DNA from: Trichodesmium erythraeum IMS101
GTDB lineage: Bacteria > Cyanobacteriota > Cyanobacteriia > Cyanobacteriales > Microcoleaceae
Assembly (NCBI RefSeq): GCF_000014265.1
Contig: NC_008312.1
Span: 4,110,001-4,142,000 of the forward strand
Direction: 5' to 3'
DNA: 32,000 bases
Shown here: positions 9,195-19,511 of the stretch, in pieces
Position numbering within the stretch: the stretch's first letter is position 1
Layout of the letters: the number at the start of each line of letters is the position of its first letter
Notes under the pieces: model-generated
Seen by the model: only the letters and a program-made list of their open reading frames with translations
Told to the model about the DNA's origin: nothing
Database searches by the model: none
Program-made: the position numbers and the translations under genes

Positions 9195-10248
9195 TATAGT
9201 CACATAAGACATATCATGGTTTTACAGGTGTTACCCTAACTGGGTAAACTACAACACCTTCTATCCTATGGTCAAATATATAAGGGAGCTGCTTTTTTCA
9301 TTATGTTCAGAGAAACCCCCACATTACTCTTTTATTAATCTTTTGCTGGCAGTACGATACAAATCTCTTTTTACTGTTATTCCTGAAAAAGGAACTTGAT
9401 TTTTTTTGCCTTAACACGAAGAAAAATAGAAAATAATTGAGTGCTTAAGGGTACAAAATTATCTGAGGTTATTAGACTTACAAAACTATGATAAGAAATA
9501 ATATGATGTGCTTTTTGAGTCTAATCACAGTTATTATAACGACCTAAATAGAAGTGGGCATAAGTTAGAAAAAACTCAAAAAAAAGAATCCTACGAAAAA
9601 TGATGAATTAGTGCAAGCTCAAAAAAAGTTTCCAGAGGAATTGTGAAATATAAGGCAACTAGAAATAGAAGCTGAAAAGCTGGCAGTGTTTATACTTAAC
9701 CAATGTCATATTCTATGGAGAGATATATTAGGTTATGCTTGGATAAAAACAGATAAAAGAATAGAAATTGCGATAAAAAATTAATTTAAAATCCATACTT
9801 ATCATGGAACCTTAGATTATCAAAGTAAAGAATTTATTTTGCAACAATTAGAGAAGTAGAAATACTAAAAACACTATAGAATTTATTAAATCTTGGCACT
9901 ACTCAAAGACTAGGTAAAAGATTTGCAATATTTGGGGATGGAGCAACTTACCATAAATCTCAAGAAATAATTTCGAGAATACTTAACAACAATTAATTAA
10001 TATTTATCAAAAAAATAATGGTTGATAAATTGTACAAAATTGTCTCAAAATACCACAGAGAAAAATACTGTTAAAAATATTTGCTTACAAGCAAAAAAAA
10101 TCATTAGATAATTTTATTATATTTGCAGTTATTTGAAAATAGTTAAGTGGTTATTTAAGTTTTTTGTAAATAAGAAAATATTTAATTTACCATTTTTTTT
10201 GGTCTTAAATATAACTACAACCTACGCGCGAATTGCTATATTTTTTAA
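9195..10248 (+). pseudogene. Decayed IS630-family insertion sequence (relic B, about 1.05 kb including candidate termini)
   Basis: Motifs readable across frames are AEKLAVFILNQCHILWRDILGYAWIKTDKRIEI (9670-9770), IFGDGATYHKSQEI (9928-9966) and ..CLQAK (about 10080). These match the IS630-subgroup pattern DE.H..wGD..GY.W ... WDGASYHKS ... WLQAK, with many stops. The candidate termini are TATAGTCAC (9195-9203) and GAATTGCTATA (10238-10248), which resemble the MITE termini. Confidence 0.6.
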
Positions 10249-12021
10249 TACTTACCACACCAATAAATAAACTTTTAACCTCAAAAAAAAATAGCTTCAT
10301 TTCATTTATTGTTTGTAGCTATTGAAATTTAATTAGTTATGTTTAAACCTAGCATTATATCTGTTTCATCTATAAATACTAAATTTCATTAATCTATACT
10401 TTTCATCAATTACTTCTGATTAATATATTATTTTTTGTACTTTTTTATGCCTCTAATTATCTACTATGCTGGTTTTTTATGACTTAATCTCAGTTTTTAT
10501 AAAGCTCAAAATATGGCAGTAATACTCACCAAATTTTTAGTTTTAATTGGCAATAATTTACATAGTTATACAATAGTAGCATCTGGATGTTATGATACAA
10601 TTTGTTTTCAACCCTTATCTACATTTATCAGATAACTAAAGTTTTGTTTCTCACATTTTAATAGTTCTAAATTTCCATCTATTATATGTGGGAATCCCTA
10701 TTTTTGTACTCAATTTTTAGTAACAGAACATAAGATGGCAACAGATGGAAATTTATATTTTATGTTTCAAGTATGCAGTAACTATTTTTTTCGGAGTTAT
10801 TTTGGATATAAGTTCATAATTATATCATCAAATTTTTATTTCTAAATGTACCTGATAACCCACGGAAACTTATGTGTTATTGGGAAAAAATATAAATTTT
10901 TTTACCTAAATTTATCTTCTCCTTCCTGCCTTCATTGTGACCAATTATCAATTTTTTTATTTAATCATTAATCAAGGTATAAATAATCAAACGAGATATT
11001 TTATGGAGATAATCATTGATCAGATAATCATCTTTAATTACAAAGCTTTTTTAGCCTGAGGCTCGATTAATTTTCCCGGATTTGAGATTGCAGGAAATTT
11101 TTAAGGTTATGATAATATTGATTGATATATTTTAACGGCCTGTTCTTGATAAATAACAGTTTTATTTCGACTTGATTAAAAGTTAATTTCGCTAAATTGT
11201 TTAATTCAATATGAATACTAGTATAAGAATTTTTTTCTAGCTCGTCTTATTTTTAAATGGCTTCATAAGTTACCTCAATTGACTTTATGGTTAAGTCTAG
11301 AGATGATATAAACTTGAAGGATATGAAGTAGATATAATAATTTGTAGATAAATTATATTTTTACTTCAATTAATAATTCCAAGTTTTAAGTTGCCTCTTA
11401 CGGATAGCTTTTTTTGTATCAACTACAATATTTATTCCTGTTATTTGATTTTTATAAACAGGAAGACGAGGAGCATATCTAAACTTTGATAGGTTCTATT
11501 TTCAACTTACTTTACTGCTTAAAAGTAATTCCTGTTTCCCTATAAAGTTGTCAATATTTTTTGAGAGACTTTAGTCGGTATTGCTTGATAGTCTCTTTGA
11601 AAAGAAAGTGTTTTTATTGAAGCTGATGAAGCAGAATGATAAAGATTTTCAAATATCAAAGACTGACTAACTAAATAATTAGCATAGTTATAGAAATTTT
11701 TAAACAAGAAACAGAGTAAGTAAATTTCAGGATAAAACTGATGATTCCCAAAAATCATCAGTCTTTCAACTAATCTCATAAATCAAAGGACTAAAATTAC
11801 GAAAGGATCCAAATATTTATTAATTTTGATGATTATGATTTGGCCTTTAATGATTAGGTGATTACATTAGCTTTAAATACGATAGTTATTGAATTTTGTC
11901 AAATATTTAGTAGCTCTTTTGTACAAATAAACGAAGATATTTAATATTATTTGACCATATACGATTATATTTCTTGAGAACATTTACTATACTTTTAATG
12001 TAGTTACAAAAAATAATAAAC

Positions 12022-13299
12022 ATGATTAACGCTAACTTTCTCGCTGATACTGACCCCCTAGTAGCAGAAATAATTCAAAAAGAATATGGACGGCAACAAG
12101 ACCACCTAGAATTAATTGCTAGTGAAAACTTTACCTCACCTGCAGTTATGGCAGCCCAAGGATCCGTACTCACCAACAAATATGCTGAAGGTCTCCCAAG
12201 TAAACGTTACTATGGTGGCTGTGAATTTATAGACGAAGTCGAACAAATAGCTATAGATCGCGCCAAACAATTATTTGGAGCTGCCCATGCAAATGTACAA
12301 CCCCATGCTGGGGCACAGGCCAACCTTGCCGTGTTTCTGACCTTATTAAAACCAGGAGACACTATCATGGGTATGGACTTATCCCATGGTGGACATTTAA
12401 CTCATGGTTCCCCAGTTAACATTTCTGGTAAATGGTTCAAAGCTCATCATTATGGGGTAAATAAAGAAACAGAAGCTATAGACTATGACCAAGTTCTTGA
12501 GTTAGCAAAGAAGCATAAACCTAAACTACTGATTTGTGGTTACTCTGCCTATTCTCAGATAATTAATTTTGAAAAATTCCGGGCGATCGCTGATGAAGTA
12601 GGAGCTTATTTATTAGCAGACATTGCTCATATTGCTGGGTTAGTAGCAACAGGCCACCATCCTAACCCAGTCCCTCACTGTGACGTAGTAACAACTACCA
12701 CCCACAAAACTTTAAGGGGACCACGAGGCGGTCTCATCCTTACTCGAGACTCAGAATTAGGGAAAAAACTAGACAAATCAGTATTTCCTGGAACTCAAGG
12801 TGGTCCTTTAGAACATGTTATTGCAGCTAAAGCAGTCGCATTTGGAGAAGCTTTAAAACCAGAATTCAAAACTTATTCCGGCCAAGTTATAGAAAATGCT
12901 GCGGCCTTAGCAACCCAACTACAAGAACGGAAATTGAAAATAGTTTCTGGTGGTACGGAAAATCACGTTATGCTAGTGGATCTAAGATCAGTAAGTATGA
13001 CAGGTAAAAAAGCAGATAAATTGATGAGTGGGGTAAATATTACTGCTAATAAAAATACTGTACCTTTTGACCCAGAGTCTCCTTTTGTTACCAGTGGTCT
13101 CCGACTGGGTTCTCCAGCAATGACAAGTCGAGGTATGAAAGCTACTGAATTTATAGAAATAGGCGATATTATAGCGGAAAGATTACAAAATCCAGAAGAT
13201 GAAGGGATAGCTCAAAAGTGTCGAGAGAGGGTAGCATCATTATGCAAAGCTTTTCCTCTTTACCCTCATATGATGGCTAAAGTTCCTAGTCTAGTTTAA
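12022..13299 (+). CDS. glyA: Serine hydroxymethyltransferase
   Basis: This is a 425-aa ORF with the PLP-lysine motif [14 protein letters not shown]. It also has [10 protein letters not shown] and [15 protein letters not shown], and the length is typical. Confidence 0.97.
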
Positions 13300-13435
13300 A
13301 GGATTTTGTATAGAAGATATAGGTAATCCTAATTCAATTTAGAATTCATTCTATATCTCAAACTAGATAACCGATGGACTAGCCAATTCAAAGGCTTAAT
13401 TGAATTCCCAAGCTATATATTTGATTAGGAATTAG

Positions 13436-13461
13436 TAGAGACGTTTTAGACAACGTCTTTA
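13436..13461. repeat. Palindromic hairpin element (ACGTT..AACGT family)
   Basis: The sequence TAGAGACGTT-ttagac-AACGTCTTTA forms a 10-bp stem with one G:T. The same core occurs at 27102-27127. Confidence 0.5.
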
Positions 13462-13626
13462 CCAATTCTGACTGTTCAATTAATCAAATTTAAATATTAA
13501 ATATGGAGTGGCACTATAGTTTGAAACAAATCAACTATGTGTCAGCACCCAACTCTGACAAAAAAATATTTTAATTTTCTACAATTATTACCTAGTTGAT
13601 ATCATAATAAGTGGCAAAATATTTTG

Positions 13627-14745
13627 ATGATAATAGAAAAAATTAATAATTTATTATTAACTCTTAATCCTCCATTACTTCAGATACCTAATTATTTCTA
13701 CCATTTAATTACTTTAATTATTTCGACTTTACTTGTACTTTTAACTACACCAACAATCAAAAAAATTGCTCTCATAATTGGACTTGTAGACCATCCTGGA
13801 GGTCGTAAAATTCATAAACAACCAATGGTGCGTTTGGGAGGAGTTTCTATTTTTATTAGTAGTCTAATCGCACTTTTAATTGTTTGGTGGTTAGGAGGAT
13901 TTATAGATACTAATGGTAATATTCTACCTCCTGAAAAAGAGTTTGAAATCTGGGGCGTGACAGTAGGTGGTATAGCTTTCTTTGTTATTGGCTTAGCAGA
14001 TGATTTGTTTGGTTTATCACCCCTATTTAGGTTATTTACGCAAATAATTGCTGCTAGTATAGCCTGGGTAGTTGGAGTACAAATTCAATTTCTCACTATT
14101 CCTTTTTATGGATTAGCACATATTGATATATTACTCAGCTGGCCTGTAACTGTGATTTGGTTAGTAGGTATGGCAAATGCTATTAATTGGATTGATGGTG
14201 TAGACGGTTTAGCTGCTGGTGTTTCTGGTATTGCAGCTTTTATGATGTTAATTGTTAGTATATTTATGGATCAGCCAGCAGCAGCTTTAATAGCAGCAGC
14301 TTTAGCTGGTGCAACATTAGGTTTTCTTCGTTATAACTTTAATCCAGCCCAAATATTTATGGGAGATGGAGGAGCTTATTATGTAGGATTTACTTTAGCA
14401 GGAGTAGGAGTAATAGGTTTAGTAAAAACAACGATGGTTACTTCTGTTGTTTTGCCTTATCTAATTTTAGCAGTACCAATTTTAGATATGTCTGCTGTAA
14501 TTTTAGACCGTTTAAGAAATGGTAAATCTCCTTTTATTGCAGATAAACGTCATCTACATCATCGTTTATTAGACGCTGGTTTATCCCAAAGATTGACAGT
14601 TTTTTTTATTTATTCATTAACACTTTGGGCCGGAAGTTTAGCAATGGCTTTTTCAGGTATTCCTAGCGGTACAATTTATGCTTTTAGCGCTACAGGTTTA
14701 CTAGCTTATACAAGTTGGAAAGTTTGGAAACAAAAACAAGCTTAG
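13627..14745 (+). CDS. Glycosyltransferase family 4 polyprenyl-phosphate HexNAc-1-phosphate transferase (WecA/MraY-like)
   Basis: It is a polytopic membrane protein with the motif NAINWIDGVDGLAAG and an upstream HKQPMVRLGG. That form is WecA-like rather than the MraY form K.GTPTMGG. I chose the ATG at 13627, whereas the track starts at TTG 13624. Confidence 0.9.
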   Translation: MIIEKINNLLLTLNPPLLQIPNYFYHLITLIISTLLVLLTTPTIKKIALIIGLVDHPGGRKIHKQPMVRLGGVSIFISSLIALLIVWWLGGFIDTNGNILPPEKEFEIWGVTVGGIAFFVIGLADDLFGLSPLFRLFTQIIAASIAWVVGVQIQFLTIPFYGLAHIDILLSWPVTVIWLVGMANAINWIDGVDGLAAGVSGIAAFMMLIVSIFMDQPAAALIAAALAGATLGFLRYNFNPAQIFMGDGGAYYVGFTLAGVGVIGLVKTTMVTSVVLPYLILAVPILDMSAVILDRLRNGKSPFIADKRHLHHRLLDAGLSQRLTVFFIYSLTLWAGSLAMAFSGIPSGTIYAFSATGLLAYTSWKVWKQKQA

Positions 14746-14989
14746 ATATGAGCATTCAGCTCTCATTAATAACATTTTTCTTTTAAATAAAAGGTTGAAA
14801 TTAGTATAAGATTAACTATCAGGATAGTTTTATTTTGTAGTAATATTTAATTCTGAATAGATAAGTAATTATACGAAACTAATGACACAAATAACTAATA
14901 ATATATTACTCTATAAATGTTGTGAATTAATTCTGTCATAATCTGATATTTTTCACTCTCAAAATTCTCTTTTTTGCTAAATTTATTGG

Positions 14990-15570
14990 TCATTAATTGT
15001 AAACTAAAGTCGTATTCATAAATCACAATTATGCCCTTTACAAATATTTAATTGCCAACAAAAAGCTCAGGTCAAAAACTAGTCTTAATAATAATTAATA
15101 CAATTCAATAAAGCCTTAGAAAAAATGTAAAGTGAGTGGCTAATTATGACCTCAGATAAAACTCTTACAAGAATCATTAAAAGTTTAAGAATGAGGAGCA
15201 AATCATTAGAGTAAAGCTTTAGAAGAACAACCTTATGGGTGAAAAATATGAAGAAAAAAAATGCCAAGAAAAAGAAGAATTTAAAATTATAGCTCTGGGA
15301 GAAAATTTAATTTATATTACTTAGATGAGGTAGGGTTTAGTATGATTTCTGGGATTATAAGTACATAACTGGATATAGGATAATACTTAAATATCCGAGT
15401 CGCCATAGTTGAATTTGAGATAAATTTGGTGGCCGTTGATTAAATATTAATCCCTGGGAATAGATGCTTATATCAACTGGGACACTTTTTCCCGATTGGA
15501 TCACGAAAAAATCGGAGAGAATGAGGGGAGAAAATTATGTAATTAATTTTGTCTAACTACTTAATACCTT
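14990..15570 (+). pseudogene. Decayed IS630-family transposase gene (relic A2, internally deleted paralogue of A1)
   Basis: It is collinear with 7010-7990. For example 15126 TAAAGTGAGTGGCTAATTATGACCTC matches 7147 AAAAGTGAGTAGAGAATTGTGACCTC. The DE.GF block reads intact here as YYLDEVGFS (about 15318-15345). The 249 bp at 7419-7667 of A1 are missing (junction 15406/15407), and there is a second shorter deletion. Confidence 0.7.
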
Positions 15571-16072
15571 TTTCTTATAGTGAGATGGGGAGATGGGAGG
15601 CAAAAGAAGTGCTAAATTACTCATCAGAAAGAAAAAAACTTATTCTTGGCAAATCTATCTTGTCAATAAATTAAGATTATTCTTAAGAAACCATCGTTTA
15701 TGGCTGTTGTTGACAAGATAATTTTCATGATGGTGTTTATTGAATCTTAAAAAAACTATATACAAGAATAAACAAATTATACAAAGCCCTGTTATTAAAG
15801 CCCCTTGATAAAAATTGACTTAATTCTTTTCTCTTAAAAGCCTAGGCTATAAAAATAACAGATGTATGAAAACTAGATTTAGTATTAGATACTTTAGTAA
15901 TGTATATTTTTAAATACATTGACTTTTCCGAAATATGGATTGGATAATAATTACATAAATTTTCTATTTTGTCAGTTTTTATGTTAATAAAAAAATTGAT
16001 AAAGTATAGCTCAAAAGCCGGGGTTTAAATCAAACTTTTATGGTACACCAAAAGCCATAGCTGATAGGTGAG

Positions 16073-16102
16073 GACTGAATATTTACCCTTAGATATTCAG
16101 TC
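16073..16102. other. Perfect 10-bp inverted repeat (hairpin) 84 nt upstream of cinA
   Basis: The arms are GACTGAATAT (16073-16082) and ATATTCAGTC (16093-16102), with a 10-nt loop. There is no T-tract afterwards. Confidence 0.5.
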
Positions 16103-16185
16103 TAATTCTAATAAGATTGAATTAGTTGTTTTTATAAGGACATTTGCTAGTTTTTTTCACTTAAAAATAAAATTAGGATGACTAC

Positions 16186-17463
16186 ATGATTGCAGAAATT
16201 ATATGCGTTGGTACAGAGCTATTATTAGGAGATATTTTAAATAGTAATGCTCAATTTTTAGCCAAACAATTAGCAAATTTAGGCATAGCTCATTATTATC
16301 AAACCGTAGTAGGAGATAATCCAGACAGAATCAAACAAGTATTAGCGATCGCTACAGACCGCTCACAAATATTAATTTTTACAGGAGGTTTAGGCCCAAC
16401 TCCAGATGATTTAACTGTAGCAACTATTGCTGATTTTTTTGAGACCCCATTAATAGAAAGGCCTGAGATTATAGAAGATATTACCAAAAAATTTGCCCGA
16501 AGGGGTCGGATTATGACTGCCAGTAACCGGAAACAAGCTCTAATTCCCCAAGGTGCAAATATTCTACCAAATCCTATAGGCACAGCTCCTGGAATTATTT
16601 GGCAACCAGTACAAAATATAACAATAATGACTTTTCCTGGAGTTCCTACGGAAATGAAGTCAATGTGGCAAGAAACTGCTATACCTTATATGCAGAGTCA
16701 GGGTTGGTGTGAACAAACAATATATAGTCGGACTTTGAAATTTTGGGGTATTACAGAGTCAAGTTTAGCAGAAAAAGTAGCTCCATTTCTGGAAAAGGAA
16801 AATCCTACTGTTGCCCCTTACGCTAATTATGGAGAAGTAAAACTACGGATTTCCGCCCGTGCTACGTCCCTTGAATTAGCAAATAAATTAATTATTCCTG
16901 TAGAAGAAGAAATAAAAGATATTGCCGGAATTGACTTTTATGGAATTAACGATGAATCTCTAGCTTCGGTAGTAGGGAAGTTATTATTAGAATCTGGTGA
17001 AACTTTAGCTGTAGCAGAATCTTGTACAGGTGGTAGTTTAGGTAGTATGTTGACCTCTATTCCAGGAAGTTCAGAATATTTTTATGGTGGAGTTATCAGT
17101 TATGAAAATCAAGTGAAAATTACTCTCCTAGATGTTAATCTTGAAGATTTAATGGCTGAAGGTAGTGTAAGCCATGTAGTAGCAAAGCAAATGGCAAGTG
17201 GAGTGGTAAAGAAACTAGGAACTAATTGGGGAATTAGTATTACTGGTATTGCTGGACCTGGAGGTGGAAGTGATACTAAACCTGTAGGTTTAGTTTACAT
17301 TGGGATAGCTAGATATGATGATATTGTAGAAAGTTTTGAATACCGCTTCAGTAATTTGCGTGATCGTAATTGGATTAGAAGAGTTAGTGTTTCTACAGCT
17401 CTTGACTTGTTGAGAAGAAAGTTATACTTATCTAAGCAAAGACCACAACATCATCAAGCTTGA
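16186..17463 (+). CDS. cinA: Competence/damage-inducible protein CinA (MoCF-binding N-domain plus nicotinamide-nucleotide amidohydrolase PncC-type C-domain)
   Basis: This is a 425-aa ORF. The N-terminus is CVGTELLLGDILNSNAQFLA...FTGGLGPTPDD. The C-domain has LAVAESCTGG...ITGIAGPGGG. Confidence 0.95.
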   Translation: MIAEIICVGTELLLGDILNSNAQFLAKQLANLGIAHYYQTVVGDNPDRIKQVLAIATDRSQILIFTGGLGPTPDDLTVATIADFFETPLIERPEIIEDITKKFARRGRIMTASNRKQALIPQGANILPNPIGTAPGIIWQPVQNITIMTFPGVPTEMKSMWQETAIPYMQSQGWCEQTIYSRTLKFWGITESSLAEKVAPFLEKENPTVAPYANYGEVKLRISARATSLELANKLIIPVEEEIKDIAGIDFYGINDESLASVVGKLLLESGETLAVAESCTGGSLGSMLTSIPGSSEYFYGGVISYENQVKITLLDVNLEDLMAEGSVSHVVAKQMASGVVKKLGTNWGISITGIAGPGGGSDTKPVGLVYIGIARYDDIVESFEYRFSNLRDRNWIRRVSVSTALDLLRRKLYLSKQRPQHHQA

Positions 17464-17760
17464 TTATAATTGAATTAGATGATAACAAAAACATACTAGA
17501 GTTTTTAACTTTAGTCCATAATTCCATAACATAAACTTATTATTAATGAATGGCCATAAAGACCACAGTTCAAGATACCGTGTTAACATAAAAAGATAAA
17601 TCAACAAAAAGCCAGGATAATTATTTCTTTTGGCTAAGTTGTGAGAATATTCCAAGAACTTGATTTAACAAGGGAAGCGGCATATCCCGCCCCGCTTACC
17701 CCTCACTATACAAATAAAAAAAGTAAGTATGGTGAAAGTAACCAGTGGGAATTCAATTTA

Positions 17761-17892
17761 ATGGATTACATTGAAAAAGTACTAGAAAAATTAAAGGAAT
17801 GGACTCGGAAGCTAGTTGAGGCTTTGTTAGGACCAGAAGCACAACCAGAACCTATTCCTATTCCAGTAAACGACCGTCCCCGTCGTTCATAA
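17761..17892 (+). CDS. Small hypothetical protein (43 aa) immediately upstream of aroQ
   Basis: The sequence is [43 protein letters not shown]: an amphipathic helix followed by a Pro-rich basic tail. The track ORF starts at a GTG at 17641, but that 5' part contains a GC-rich hairpin and looks non-coding. It ends 25 nt before aroQ. There is no clear SD. Confidence 0.35.
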   Translation: MDYIEKVLEKLKEWTRKLVEALLGPEAQPEPIPIPVNDRPRRS

Positions 17893-17917
17893 CTTTATCA
17901 TTCAATCTGTAGATTAT

Positions 17918-18370
17918 TTGTTTTTGTTTAATATTTTAGTTTTACATGGGCCAAACTTGAATCTCTTGGGTCTGCGTGAACCAGGAATATATGGCTCTGT
18001 AACTTTAGATAATATAAATCGACTGTTAAAACAAGAGGCGGAAGCCATTGGAGTCAAAATCTCCATATCACAGTCTAATCATGAAGGTGTCTTGGTAGAT
18101 TTAATTCACTCAAGTAGTGAGCAACACCAAGGCATACTTATTAATGCTGGTGCATATACCCATACTAGTGTTGCCATTAGAGATGCTATTTCTGGGATTA
18201 ATATTCCCACAGTAGAAGTTCATCTTAGTAATATATATAGTCGAGAAGAATTTCGACATCATTCTTTTATTGCACCAGTAGCTATTGGTCAAATTAGTGG
18301 TTTTGGTTCACAAAGCTATCTATTGGGACTAAAAGCAATAGTTAATTATCTTAAAAACAGGGGTGATTAA
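17918..18370 (+). CDS. aroQ: 3-dehydroquinate dehydratase, type II
   Basis: It has [42 protein letters not shown] and EVHLSNI, and is 150 aa long. The start is uncertain: TTG at 17918 or TTG at 17924. Confidence 0.93.
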   Translation: MFLFNILVLHGPNLNLLGLREPGIYGSVTLDNINRLLKQEAEAIGVKISISQSNHEGVLVDLIHSSSEQHQGILINAGAYTHTSVAIRDAISGINIPTVEVHLSNIYSREEFRHHSFIAPVAIGQISGFGSQSYLLGLKAIVNYLKNRGD

Positions 18371-19191
18371 AAATAATTATCCAAAATGTATGTTAAAAAT
18401 TTTTTTCTGATACAAATTACCTAATACCGTTTTGAAAGAAGAATGTATTTGAATAGTCAGGGAGATAAAAAGATTTTACAGGAGATGTCCACTAGAGCCA
18501 AAAAGATGATTTACTAATTAATTAAAAATGGTATTGTCATTATGAAAATGAGTTCTGACTTCTGAGTCTTAAAAATTCTCCTAGCTATTTGTAGCAAAAA
18601 TTTATCACACTTGGTATAAGTTGTGAATTAAAGACAGAAGGCAAGGGTGAAGATGTATCCTATCTCATGTGGGCAACAAAGGAAATATAAGCACTAATTC
18701 TAACAATATAGCGACTTATTCTATTGTTGCTTCTTGCCTTCATAATGCTCGATCTATTCTATTCTCCTCAATGCTCGTGCTCCAAAAATTTTTTTTGGCA
18801 AATATTTGTTTATGATAAATATTCTTGTTAAAAAGGAAAAGCTATGGTATTTTTGATATTTCTCAATTGACACAATCAAGAAAAGAAGAAAGTAGATAGA
18901 AAATTTATTAATCTCAATTATTATTATATTATAGCAGATTTTTATAGCAAATTTCGGACAAATGAGTTACAAGCCGTGAAGAGTAAAACTATTATGATAT
19001 TATGAATATCACTAAATTTTTAGTGAACTCACCGGTAGGGAAAAATGCTGTATAACTGTTATATAAAAAAGCTATGCTAGTGCAACAATAATTATTTTTA
19101 AAATAAATATTAGATTTAGAAGATATCTTTAAATAAATATTAAATCTTGATGTAGGGTAATTAATTCGCAGATTTGCTCGTTAAGCTAAAC

Positions 19192-19398
19192 AATCTATTT
19201 GATTCGCCTTAACCCAGATAAATTAAAGTTTTGAGTAGACTAATAGATTGATTTTATGAATAGCTTCGTAAGTTAAATTATCTTGCTTGATTGTTAAACT
19301 GAATAATCTATGTGATTCGCCGTAACCCAACGAAATGTAAGTTTTGAGTAGACTAATAGATTGATTTTATGAATAGCTTAGTAAGTTAAATACTCTTG
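19192..19398 (+). repeat. Tandem duplication, period 113 bp (about 1.8 copies)
   Basis: Copy 1 runs 19192-19304 and copy 2 runs 19305 to about 19398. The first 94 nt differ at about 10 positions by my count. A 41-nt core is identical: AAGTTTTGAGTAGACTAATAGATTGATTTTATGAATAGCTT at 19226-19266 and 19339-19379. It lies 115 nt upstream of the ARH-like gene. Confidence 0.85.
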
Positions 19399-19511
19399 AC
19401 AAGAATTAAATTATTCTGGATGTACAATATTTTTTTTTAGTGAGTAGTAATATAAATATGTATAGATAGTGTAAGAAGCTTAAATAATAAAAATTGTATA
19501 ATGAAAAAATA

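Noticed and set aside
11540-11779. Track ORF, 79 aa on the - strand in the glyA upstream desert
   Set aside because: Its Phe/Tyr/Asn/Leu-rich composition is typical of random ORFs in AT-rich DNA. It has no SD and no recognisable motif.
15085-15267. Track ORF, 60 aa on the - strand
   Set aside because: It is antisense to IS630 relic A2, with a poly-Phe/Leu low-complexity composition.
16299-16583. Track ORF, 94 aa on the - strand
   Set aside because: It is an antisense shadow ORF within cinA.
17464-17655. Track ORF, 63 aa on the - strand
   Set aside because: It is an AT-bias ORF in the cinA downstream spacer, with no motif and no SD.
17641-17760. 5' extension (GTG start) of the 83-aa track ORF
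   Set aside because: The extension contains the GC-rich hairpin and a Lys/Asn-rich linker. Only the distal 43 codons from ATG 17761 look like a plausible small protein.
18110-18292. Track ORF, 60 aa on the - strand
   Set aside because: It is an antisense shadow ORF within aroQ.
19396-19428. Sigma-70 type promoter TTGACA ... TACAAT at the end of the 113-bp repeat
   Set aside because: The spacer between the hexamers is 21 nt, well outside the functional 16-18 nt range.
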